Shown one piece after another: positions 53,201 through 64,000 of a stretch of DNA of 64,000 nucleotides (its first letter is position 1; the number at the start of each line of letters is the position of its first letter). The position numbers and the translations under genes are program-made. The notes below the pieces were generated by a model, which saw nothing but the letters and a program-made list of their open reading frames with translations, ran no database searches and had not been told where the DNA came from. The stretch comes from Klebsormidium nitens (Eukaryota; Plantae; Klebsormidiophyceae). The DNA is taken from assembly GCA_000708835.1 (NCBI GenBank), contig DF237005.1:163943-227942 (forward strand), read 5' to 3'.

Positions 53201-55189
53201 CTCTGAAAAGTTTATGCTGGATTCGCATCCTTTTTTCAATCTTTTTCAAACCGAGCCCAACCCGGCCCCAAACGGGGCCTGGTTCGCTGCGCCGCTGTTT
53301 TCAGAACATTCTCTCTCCACCCCCGATTTTCCTTGGCACCTTGATCCCGCCCTTCTTCCAATGCTCACGGCGCTTAAAGTTTTTGAAGGCCCCGTTTCTG
53401 AACCCCACGCCCCGCCTTGCAGTTGCGTGAGCTGGCGGTGGCGGGCAGGACCTTCCGGTACAGGGCCCTTTCGAACGAGCACCAGCACACGCAGCCCAGC
53501 ACGGGGCTACTTCTGTGGGATTCTGCGCGGGTTCTGGCCGAGTTTCTTGCAGCCCATCCTCAGATAATCGCTGGAAGGTGAGGTATTTTGAGTGCGGGAG
53601 ACGTGTCCAAAAGACTTCCCTGTGAATTTCCTTCAGAATTCCACGTGGGTTCTGGCCGAAGTTCTTGGAGCGCAGCCTGAGATTGTAACTCGGAGGTGAG
53701 GGCAGCCATTCGAGCACGAGTGCGGGACACGTGTTCACTTGAGTGACCTACGCCAGTCGCAGTGAGACAAAAGCGAGGAGAGTCAGACAACTGCGCTGGA
53801 CCCTGAACTCGGGCCCGAAAATCAGACCCTCAGACCGATGGGGTGGTTTTGAGGAGACCTAATGTATTACTGATGTTCTTTGGGACTCTCAAACGCAACA
53901 GCAGACAAAACCTCAGAAGCAAGTTGTGTGATGCCATGCTAATGTGATGCTCTTGAAGAGGACCTGTGCGATGCCATGCTAATACGCAACTGCTCATGGC
54001 CGGCAGAGAAAGGGAAAGTGAGGAGCACGTAGTGACTCAATTGACAGATCATTAAGGTTTTTGTAACTGGTAAGAAACGGTAACACACTTAGACACAAAC
54101 TTCTCAGAAGGCGCCCGTGTTTCTGCAGGCACGTTCTGGAAGTGGGGTGCGGCGGGATCGCGCTCCCTTCTACCCTCTCAGCCGAGCGGACCGGCGGAGT
54201 CGTGGCCACGGACGGCGACGCTGCGGCAATGGAGCTGTTGGACGCCAACATAACGCTGAATGCGGACGCCTTTGAGCTCTCCAAACTCAGAGCCGAGCGC
54301 CTGAGGTAGGTCTATTTTGTGGCCTTTGCTCGTCCTCTCCTCTTTCGCCCGAAACCCCGAGGCCAAAAGTCAAATGGATTGAAGGAAGTCTAGAAGCATA
54401 AAGTGGGCGCTTCTACAACTGGCCTGTTTGGGCGGCTGTCCTTTTTCGGACATCCACTATATGAAGACTTTGAACTCTTGACAAACATTGGTCGATTCAT
54501 TGTCGTCTCGGGTTTTCTAATTGACGAAGCATTTCCATCTATCACTGCCGGAGGGTCCTATACTCTTGAGGCCGGTCCGGTGGTAACTGGACCTTTCTAC
54601 CGTTCGGATGCATGTTATTGAGCCTTTCGTATTACGCTTGTCTTTGCTGCGCTCCAAAAAGCCTTGCTGCCATTAAGGGGAAAAGGAGTGACAATTTTGT
54701 TCGCAATTTTACGGCAAGCAGAGCTACCTGCTTGTCCTATGATGCGCGCTGATGTCGCTGAAGAAGCCGAGCGTCTGGAACATGAAGCAAGAAAGTCATG
54801 TGAATCCTCGCAGGTGGGGTCATTCTGAAGACATTGCTCGAGTCCGCGGTCTCGCTGGGCCCCACGGGTATGACGTCATCATCGGGGCTGACGTCGTGTA
54901 CGTCAAGGAAGCGGTGCCGCTCCTCTTCCAAACCGCAGCCGCGCTCCTGGCGAGGGATCCCTCACAGGAAACGGCCCCGGATGCGGACGTCATGCTGACG
55001 CCGCCACTGCTGCTGCTGTGCCACGTGATCCGGCGGGTGGCAGAGGGGGACATTTTGGAGGCTGCAAGACAAGCCGGGTTTGAACACCACAGGTTTGTTG
55101 AGTCTCCAGAAGGACGGGGTGCCCCTGGAGCGATCAGATTGCTCGCTTTACGAAGGACTCCTTGTGTCACTCAGTCGATCGCGACCTGA
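49541..55189 (+). CDS. Two-domain SAM-dependent methyltransferase: N-terminal METTL6/Trm140-like (tRNA m3C32) plus C-terminal Methyltransf_16 (protein lysine MTase family); start codon uncertain
   Basis: Exons approximately 49541-50154, 50569-50676, 50864-50986, 51358-51420, 51841-51965, 52433-52945, 53422-53577, 54129-54305 and 54814-55189. Domain 1: YWDLFYKRNEGRFFKDRHYL, VLEVGCGAGNTVYPL, ACDFSARAV, IFVLSAISPE, LKPGGHVLLRDY, FYVRGDGTRAYYF and RWIQGTF. Domain 2: TGLLLWDSARVLAEFL, VLEVGCGG, VVATDGD, LRWG and DVIIGADVVY. Confidence 0.88.
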
Positions 55190-55879
55190 CCTCAATCCTT
55201 GACGCACAGGTTAGTGCATAACAGGGTCTGAGGATACGGACTTAGCTCAGCGAGGTGCAGATCATTGATTTTGAATGATGTGATGATTAAAAGATGAAGC
55301 GAGAATCTTCAATTATCTGGACGTCGTGCCCGAGAACAGGACGGTCCAACATTGATGAAGTGCTGTAATGCATCCAGCTGCAATTTAATTGGACAGTGGC
55401 CTGCCGTGGAAGGCCTGTTCATATTCGACAAGTTCCTTTGAAGGATCTGGCCGCCTGAGTCCTTGGATTATGCTGATTCGATTGAGACGTTAGGTTGCGC
55501 GTCGACCGAAAACCTCCGAGGTCATCCCAGGTTTTTCAGCCAATCAGAGGCCTGCTTTCCATAAATCTGGGTTTGTAAGAGGTTTGCAACACTGAAGTGA
55601 TTGTGTCGTCTACATTTATCATATTCGCATCTTTTCTGCTCAAAGAAGCCTTGTCGGCAATTGCTACTTCACATGGCCATTGCCCACTTGCTTTGGCTTG
55701 AGCATTTTGGTGCAGAATTGGGTGAAATAGGGCGCACAGATGTGAAGGGTTTGCTGCAAACCTCTGCCGAAACAAAGGTTTTCTGAACCACGTGGTCTGA
55801 CAACAGAAGAGGGGGGGGTGGTAGGTTTTCGGTCGACGCGCAACCTTAGCTGGTGCAATGGTGAGGCTGAGGGGCTTGT

Positions 55880-56170
55880 TTGTACTATATGCGTGCATGT
55901 AGGTTTCGTCACGGTAGTCCGATTATTGCTGCAATATATAAACCCTCAGTGAGGGGCGCATGCTAAATCGTGTGATATAGTAAGCTTGGCGCATTATACA
56001 TGCACATGTTGAATTAATTTATGGTGCACAGCAGATGCATGCAGCGTATTCAGCGCATGGCGGCCCCGGCCCGCGGTTTCTTGCATGCTTGGTAAACGTC
56101 CTAGCTAGGTTCATATACGTCCGGCTAGTTGCAGCCTCCCTTGCATGCCAGCTACGGTACGTAGCTGAAT
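55880..56170. other. CATG/TGCA-rich intergenic patch between convergent methyltransferase and CCCH 3' ends
   Basis: gcgtgcatgt, gcgcatgct, catgcacatg, gatgcatgca and ttgcatgc (twice) occur within about 290 bp. Confidence 0.5.
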
Positions 56171-56766
56171 AGCACTGACCGTCTGTCGTAAATCTCTTCT
56201 TGGTGGAAGGAGTGTCCTTTCACACAACCATTCGTATTGTTGCATTCCGTCGAACCAGCCATACGCAATTTTTGAGATGGTGGAACATCTCATGTGCAAT
56301 AACTGTTGCTTCAAACCTCATGCGCGTGCCTTCTGATCAATCTTGCGACGTTAGGTTGAGCAAGCTAGAGAAGAACCGTACAGGGACGACTTAACTTACG
56401 CTAAGTTGTCCTAGTCAGCTACCTCACCTTCTCGTCAACGTTCTTATCAAGCGTCCTATCAAACTCCAGGAACGAGCAGAAGTACGGCTACTTACAACTT
56501 ACATCCTGTTCGATCGAGCATTCCAACGGCGTACTTGAGATTCTTCTCCCCCTGATGTCTCACTCCCAGTCATAATCACCACACAGGCTGTACTCTTACA
56601 GTGGCTAACGATATGGATCCCTGCTAAGTTAGCTCCTCACTCTCCTCCACTCCATGATCCGTATTCCACTTCCAAAAGCCACAGGTTTCGATCACTCCTC
56701 CATCTCTGCAATGCTTCCAATGATTTTCATAATTACGATAAGCTCCAGATTCTATCTTCGCAATTG

Positions 56767-59700
56767 CTATAAGACAGGAACATCGTCTCCTTCAATCGAG
56801 TGCCGGAAGTGGCACCTGTGTCCGTACGGACATTTGTATCCGTTGGCGACCAGTCGACAGATCTCCGTCTTGAACTTGGGGTGTCGCAGTACAGGGCGCA
56901 GCTCCTCGATGCCGTGGGCAAACTGGGTCAAAGATATAGAACGCTGAGAAATTTTCAAAGGGAGGTTAAGGAAAGAAGAGGTGATGGAATCTAGAGAGAT
57001 ATAGCGGTGTAAATAGAAGGCCTACACATTTGTAAACCTTCCAACTCTTTGGGCATTCGTGGAGGGGACCTAATTCGTGGAGGGTGTCCGACTGGGAGTA
57101 TGAAATATATTCCCTTAGGAATCGGGTTTGCATCCAGGGCTTGTAAGAAACCAAGCCCGAGAGGCATCTGTAAGCAGATTGAATACAACCTGGAAGGATT
57201 TCGTCACGGATCGTTGGAAACAGCAAGGAAAGTTGCGGTGCGTGACAGGTTTTGAAGAAGCAAGTAACTTTCGAAATATCAACAGAAAAGAAGAAGTGCT
57301 CAAAAGCAAAGGCTTGAAAACTTCCTGATTCATCTTTCGGACACAGTCGAAACGGAGAAAAAGCTTGAAAATCTGCTAGCAGGAAGGCCAGTTATAATTT
57401 TCACGCACAAGTCAGCCAACCACGATGCACGACTTCAGGTGTCTTGGAGCACCGGCTAAAGTGTTCTAAACTGATTGCGCGACGGATGGTAACGTTCGCT
57501 AAAAATACGAACGGAACGAGAACTCAGGGGCGGTGTATTGCAAAAGTGCCGATTCCAAACGCTCGAAGAAAGGGTTTTTTTCTTACCTGGCACTTCGGTC
57601 CATACGGGCACTGCCCTTGCTCTTCCCATTTGTTGCACAGCTCCGTCTTGTAGTAGCCCTGCGCACAAGCATGACGTCACACCGGCGGCGTCTCTGTCGT
57701 CATCAAACGTGGTAAAGATGCACGAAGCAGCTTTGCATCCTTTTGAGCTCTGTTCAAAACCAAAGCCTTTCTTCTGAGATCTCCAACCTGTGCGTCAGGC
57801 CTAAAAGATCGATCGCGTGATTCCTCAGTATCTAGGTTGTGCGCTTCTCGAAAGCTTCAAAGCAGAGCGTAAAAAGAAAATTGCGAGGCAGCACCTGAGG
57901 TACGATGACCATGTCCTCCAGTTCGATGACGTCATTTCTCCTACCGGGCGGCGTCCCTGGAGGCTGCACACAGTGCTGGTCCATCAGAATTTGTGTTCCT
58001 CATTACTGAACTTCGGCTATACTTTCCGTGGTTTGTGAAATTCCTTGCAGTCGCGCAGGCACAGGGAGGAGGCAGTCTGATTGTCCAAGGTGATAAAAAG
58101 TTGAAGAAGCAGTTTTTTGAAGGCACTAACATTCTGCGCCTTCGTTCGTGGCAACTCTCTTTTGAGCACATCATGGAACAGTCTTCGCAACTCCCGTGCC
58201 TCCGCTTGACACGACCGCCTGTCCAAACACCTGCTGTAAAAGCAAACCCGCGACGAAAATGCGAAAATGTAAGAGGTCGTACCGGGTGGCTGGCGGCCTT
58301 TTTGCGCGCTTCGCCAGCGTCGTGGTCGTCCTCCTCGCGCGCGCGCTTCACCCCGCGCTCCTGCTCCTCTTTGACCGCGCGCAGGGTAGACTCGCGGACG
58401 TTGATGCTCTTGGGAAGAAGGGCGGGCACGTGCGCTGCCAAAGAAATGCCACCTGCCGTCGGCAAGCTGTCCAGATTTCGGAGGCCCAAGCCGAAATAAG
58501 GAAGATTGCCCATGGATTCTGAGAGCGTGGGCATGATCAAAAGACAACGTGGCACGTGATACTGAGGAAAAGAGCGCGCAAGCGTCGTTCAAGAGGACCA
58601 CAGATAAAACTCGAACGCCGAAGCTCGGAAGCCCTCTCAGGGTTTTAGGCTAGCGTTGACATTCTAAGGCTCAGCGATATTGGAAGGGGTGCTTGGAAGA
58701 AGATTCAGATAAGGAAAATCTGGTTGGCATCCAGGGTTCTAGGAAAGGGTTTCTTCCAATGATTCGCTCTTGGCTTTCAACGATATTTAATTGTAACAGA
58801 CTTATTGAGGCGAAGACTTCGGTTCTACATTCCGAAGAGCACAAAGAGAGGAGAATAGAGGTCAGTATTCTGTCGGCAGATTTTATGCACCTAAGGCCTC
58901 AAGAGATTGGCAACACAGACAGAGCACTTGCCGGAATGATCTGTCTCGCGCCTTTCGTCGGGCCCTCTCCGGCTGTCCGTGACATGGATGCGCCGTCCGT
59001 CCCCGTTCTGTGGGCTGACGCGCCCCGCTCTTTCCTCCCTATCTCTCCTCCCCTCACCGTCAAACGGCCGTTCGCCCTGGATCCTTCTCTCTTCGCCGCT
59101 GCCCAGACCGCGGACCGCCCGGACGTCCGTCAGCCTGTCCTTGACACTCGCCCTCTCCCGACCGCCGTCCTTGCCCTGCGGATCACCTTCGTGAGCGGCG
59201 ACACCTTCTCCGTTGGTGTCAATTGGGCGCTTGACGAGACCCTCCGCCTTTCCCCCGGCGAGGCCCCCTGGCAACGGGGCAGCGCCCGCGCTCGCTTTCC
59301 CGGGTCCGCGGGCGGGCCCCGTTTTGCCGCCTGGCGCTCCGTTCTCCGTGCCGCGGCCAGCCGCCGCGCTTGATGGCGGGGCCTCGCCCGTTCTCAGGTA
59401 CTTGATCGCTTCCAGCCGCCGCCGCGCCTTCAGGATCCAGCCGTCTAGCTCCACCTTCTGAGCGGCGAGCTCCGAGGTCTTGGTTGCGATCTCCTGGTCT
59501 TTGCGCGCACACTGGGAGGACAGGTCGGCGTGCGCGGACTCCAAGTTGACAAGCAATCTGCAATTGACATCAGGAGAGTGTTCAGACCTTTTTAGAGGCT
59601 TCTTGTTGTAATCTTGTCCTGTATGTAAATCTGTGTGTACCTACGTTTGATGATTTTAATTGATAACGTCATATTACGAGAGGATCAGAGACAATGGAGA

Positions 59701-61253
59701 TTCTGATCGAAAGATGGAACCTAGCTTTTGATAAGAGGTATCAGCGTCCATCTGGTTGAAAAAAGGGGAAAAAGCTGCGCAGCAACTGCTGTTCGAGAGA
59801 GTTGTACACCAATCTGGAAAAGTTCTCTCAATAAAACGAACAGTCCAAAGCGACAATGTGTGGAATGTGTGTTTTCAGAATCAGTCACCTCGATAGAGAC
59901 ACTAAGAAAACTCTTTGGGTATCAGATTGTACACACGTGATGCCTAACAACACCCATTTTTGACACTTAATTTTGATCGAGAACATCCAATATTTTTTTC
60001 TGAGACCATAGATGCTCACAACAAGTCTTCGACAGGTAAGCTCACTTCTTCAACGTGAAAGCCTCCTCTCGACTCTCCTCCAACTTGTTCGTGGCTTGGT
60101 TGTACTTCTCCGCAAGCTGCCTGAACTGCTCCCCCAGCACAGCTAGCGAGCTTTCCAAAAGCTCGACGCGCTTGGGAACGGCGCCACTCGACGGTCCGTG
60201 CTGAGGCGGAGGCGTGCGACGAGCTTGAGGGCACTTCAAAGGGGAAGCATGGTTAGAAGTTTGTTTTCAAAACCAGGGGTGTCAGATTGATTGTGTCATC
60301 AGCAAGACTGTTGATATACAGCCTTTTTGTTAGCCTGAGATAGGTCACGTTCCGGTGAACCCGTTGAAAAGGCTACGAGTCTCCAGAAATGCGCTACTCG
60401 ACAAGTATCAGGCAGACTCATGCGCATCCTCTTCGACTGCTCCAACTATCAGGACAAGGGATGAATTGCAAGGTCTTACTGAATGTTTTGGAAAGTTTAA
60501 AAACACGTTGCTCAAAATCTTTACGAACTAGGGTTGCTGATTTAAGCTTCTTTTACTGTCCCCAGAGAGTTTTATTCCTAAACCTTGAATCTATGGACCC
60601 CCTAACCTGAATTTACTTGCAAAGAGAAGACATGACTACGCACCATTTTCCAGTATTCTGCAGATTTGAGCGCTTACCTGATGGAGATGCTCCTGCAGTC
60701 TCACTTCTGTCTGAAGCTTTAAATTCATGCAGCGAACTAACTCTGCCTGCATGGCAGAAACCTGCAACTCTTTCTCGCCCAGCCTTGCCAGCAGTTCTGC
60801 TGTTGACAGCTTCCCTTCAGTTGCTCTCAAGCTAAGATGAGCATCCTTGTTACTATCCTTCAGTCCACGAATACGAAATTGAGTTTCTTCATGAACCCCA
60901 CAACCCGTTGGGGTCCTGTTCTCCTTTGCAGGATCGTGTTGCGGAGTCTGCAACCCGACTATGTCATCGCGAAAGATGCCAGGGCTGATAGAGAGGAAGT
61001 TTTCTGTTGTCAATCGGTGAAAGTCAGACAATCTCCTGTCTTCTACAAAATGCCTAGAACCTTGCTCTTCACAACCCCTGCCCCAGCTGCCTTCCTTTCG
61101 TAGAATATTAGGGCTCTTCTGGAGGACCGATGAAGGGGGCGTTCTGAAGAGTTTTGGAGAATCATCCACAAGCTGAGGAGAAGGATGGCCCGAAACGATT
61201 GTTATTCCAGCCGCCATGATACCTGCAGGACTTGCTGCTTCTGAAAAGTTCAA
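56767..61253 (-). CDS. Tandem CCCH zinc-finger protein (TTP/TIS11-like; plant C3H14/C3H15 type) with a long coiled-coil and low-complexity N-terminus; 5' end uncertain
   Basis: Last exons 57658-57587 and 56922-56767 encode [63 protein letters not shown] (two C-x8-C-x5-C-x3-H fingers). Upstream exons contain LPKSINVR and [12 protein letters not shown], plus coiled-coil ORFs at 58891-59556, 60042-60239 and 60636-61253. Confidence 0.8.
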
Positions 61254-61276
61254 AGGACTGAGCCTCGCTCTAGGTC

Positions 61277-62538
61277 CTATTGTTTCATTGTCTGTCTTGG
61301 CAAGCTGCTGGTATGCTCGTAGAGAACTGATTTCTCAACGCTGCTACCTAGCTTTGCAGTCCGATATTCCTGCGCCATGCAAATTGAAGGCTTTTTAGTT
61401 TCTTCGAAGGACCCAAACTTGTACCCGTGCGCTGGAAAAAAATGCCTCGAGTACTTTCCAGTCCATGCACCTTTAGGCACAGGTATAGCAATGGCGACCT
61501 TCTCCGCAGTCAACCTCCTGGTCCATGCAGCTTCAATCTCTACTTCCTCAAACGAAGGCTGTCTGCGGTCTGCTCGGATAGAAACCGGATTCCTAATCTG
61601 CAAAATCCACGGCCTTTTGATGTAAGACTTGAAGCATAAGGTCACCAGAGCGCTCAACCCAGAAAACCCATGGGCGGCGCCATCTTCATATTCCTGGGAC
61701 GAAGACGTGATTGGAAGGGACAGATTACTGGAACCAACCAGAAACTCCTGTTGACCTTTCCTGATTTCAATCCAGAAGTGCGTCGACAGACGTGCAGGAA
61801 ACCCATCTTTCCACCTGACGGGACACTGCTGAGTCACAGCTTTGGTGATGAAGTTCTTTGAGATTCAAATCGCCAGTCCCGCAGCTCTGACGATGCGCTT
61901 TTCCAATCTTATGTCAAGCTTGACGATCACCGCGCCATTCATGGACGATGCGAGCAGACTGAGACAGACTGGGAGGCTTACGTTGGAATAAGGCACGAAG
62001 CCCCGAGTCACGTACGGCAGCAACCCCAAAGCAGGTTTGCGCAATCCAGTGTTCCTCGCTTTGTGATCGGGCACATATGTACAATTATCAAAAGCTGCAT
62101 GCCAGCAATCAGACCTGCGAAATTTGAAAACCATTCGTTTAATCGGCTTTCTGTGTTCAATTATGGCATGCTGTACTAGTCACACTTCCACTGCTTCCAA
62201 AGCTGGAAGGCACATTCTTGCAAGGAAGCTACTCAGTCGATTCTGGAATAGAATGGGTGGTTTTAGTGACTGTCAAAGCCTTGACAACGTTGTACGTAGA
62301 ATTTACATTTGGCTCATGTTACACATGCTGTAGTGAACATATCAAATTGTCTCGAAAGACCTGACAGATTGCAGCTCTTTGCTTGTCGTACTAAAGCCGC
62401 GCGGGCAAGCAGATATAGAAGACATGGTGCAGTAGCACTATCGTACTGACGTACTCTTGGGGACAACGAATTCCGGCCTTCTGAAGGCTCAAAGCTATCC
62501 TTCGACCGCGCTCGAACGGCCATCAAAGTCATCAACAA
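61277..62538 (-). other. Unassigned ORF segments; possibly further 5' exons of the CCCH gene or a separate small gene
   Basis: ORFs of 186, 89 and 74 aa lie on the minus strand. A donor at about 61350 can splice in frame into the 60636-61253 ORF, but I recognise no domain and the upstream phases do not all fit. Confidence 0.25.
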
Positions 62539-62624
62539 GCTTTCATGTTTAAAGCCTTTCCTTCTCGGATTCTCAGACTACGTTATCTGAATGAGACGCA
62601 TACAATTAGACGCTATCTTCGCCA

Positions 62625-64000
62625 CTACGGATCCCAAGCATCGTCCTCGCTCCGTGATCCTACGCCGATATCAAGAGACCAATAGGCCGGACCCTTCGCG
62701 CTGATCTGCGTAACTCTCTTCCTGGCAGCTATGCACTGTCCGAGAAACCTGAAGATGTTACTCGAGATGGTGCCGACTGCATAGTCCGCCATCGAAGCGG
62801 CCGTGTACAGCTCGGCAACGAAGTGGTCCTGGAGGTCCTTTTTGACTTCGACCGAGGGTATCGAAGCGTGGCCGTACGTTTCAATGGCACTCCTGTTGAC
62901 TCCCGGATCGTACAGGATGGGCAGATCTTCTCGGAGGCCGTTCCCCATTCTGTCTTTCAGCAGCTGATCGATAGCTCGCTGAGTGTCGCTCAGGACGAAC
63001 ACGCCTCCGAACTTCAAATCGACCTCGTTCTCGATCTCCGTCACAGCGCTTCCGTAGTCTGCTAGCTCTCGGTAATTGTGGCCGTGAGACAGCCAGTAAG
63101 GGTCCTGGACGAGACCCGTGAAAGCGTTTAATCAAGGGCCTCACATTTTTTGCCGCCTTAACTATGTCCAGAATCATCATTTTCGATTATCATCAAGGAT
63201 GAACATCGTAAATCTACTGTAAAGAGAACGATCTTCTGTGCAATTTAGAACTCCTAGAATATCTTCAAGTTTTTCTTCGACAAGTACGAGGTCGGCATGA
63301 CGGGGCTACGTTTTGTCTCACCTCTGTCATCTTGTCTGTTCTTCGGACTTGAAGCACGGCAATAGGGGTTTTCCATAATGGCAAGCTTTCCAGGATCGCT
63401 AATGTAGGCTCCTCTCTCGAAGGCCTCAACAGCCATTTGCTCACGATCGCAAAGAGCAAAAATATCTTGTGCTTTCCCTCCGCGTCGCTTGGATTGCCGC
63501 CTGCAGCAATGCTTAGATTGCCGCTGGAGGCGAAAAGGTCGAAAAGTCCTTCTGGGTAGACGTCGTCTGGATCATCTGCGTTCACCAAGTTGGATGTTAC
63601 AGGAATCTCTTCACGATGCTTTCACGAACCTTTTGGGCCAACTTGAGATCCAATTTCAGAAGAAGATATTGTATCAACAACAATGACTGGAAGCTTTGAA
63701 ACATTTCTAGCACGCTGAATCAAGTAAAGAAAGCAGTTTTTATTCTGGACGCATTAGGCACTGTTCACAAAGTGCAGGTCGCAAGCAGCATGTTTGAGCG
63801 GCTCACTTGCGACTCTTTGCATCTCACCTGTGTAACCTGAAAGGGGCTCAATGAACATGATGTCCTCCTCTTTCAGCGGTTCGATCTGAGACGTTAGCCG
63901 ATCTTCAAAAGAAAGGCTGTAGTTCCAAGCAACCTTCTGGAAGGACCCGAGTTCTTGATATTTCGCGGGGAGTTGATCAAAAGAGCAGCTGGTGACGTTG
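62625..64000 (-). CDS. GT23 / FUT8-NodZ-like (alpha-1,6-fucosyltransferase-like) glycosyltransferase, 3' part (5' end outside the window)
   Basis: Exons approximately >64000-63828, 63686(or 63610)-63322 and 63107-62625. PIAVLQVRRTDKMTE resembles FUT8 motif I (PVIGVHVRRTDKVGTE), VFVLSD resembles motif II (VYLATDD), ADYAVGTISSNIFR resembles motif III (ADFLVCTFSSQVCR), followed by a terminal WSLD. Confidence 0.75.

Noticed and set aside
55536-55912. 120-aa and 82-aa minus-strand ORFs in the convergent gap
   Set aside because: No domain, no supporting splice structure, and 3' UTR/intergenic composition.

Overview
Intron-rich eukaryotic nuclear DNA with plant-type genes. From the plant-clade orthologues, 0.1-1.3 kb GT-AG introns and roughly one gene per 6 kb, I infer a streptophyte alga, plausibly Klebsormidium. 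Gene models were built by hand from splice phases, so exon edges are approximate. Left to right: SMP-domain LEA protein (-, apparently 3'-truncated by the window), erythromycin-esterase-family hydrolase (-, 9 exons, bacterial-type family), a very long WNK kinase (-), an uncharacterised protein with a RarA/MgsA-like helical region (+), NRAMP1-type metal transporter (-), DeSI/PPPDE peptidase (+), S-adenosylhomocysteine hydrolase (-), a fused METTL6/Trm140-like + Methyltransf_16 double methyltransferase (+), a tandem CCCH zinc-finger protein (-) and the 3' part of a FUT8/GT23-like fucosyltransferase (-). Non-coding structure includes a 280-bp TA-flanked MITE, a two-copy short-TIR element, arrays of duplicated splice junctions in NRAMP, and CATG/TGCA-dense patches downstream of gene 3' ends. 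The best leads are the intron-containing Ere-family esterase with ABRE and RY motifs upstream and a LEA gene beside it, the GT23-like enzyme with a possible in-frame TGA, the NRAMP splice-junction arrays, and the SAHH/methyltransferase head-to-head pair. No rRNA, tRNA or CRISPR array was found. I cannot demonstrate a wholly new system from sequence alone.
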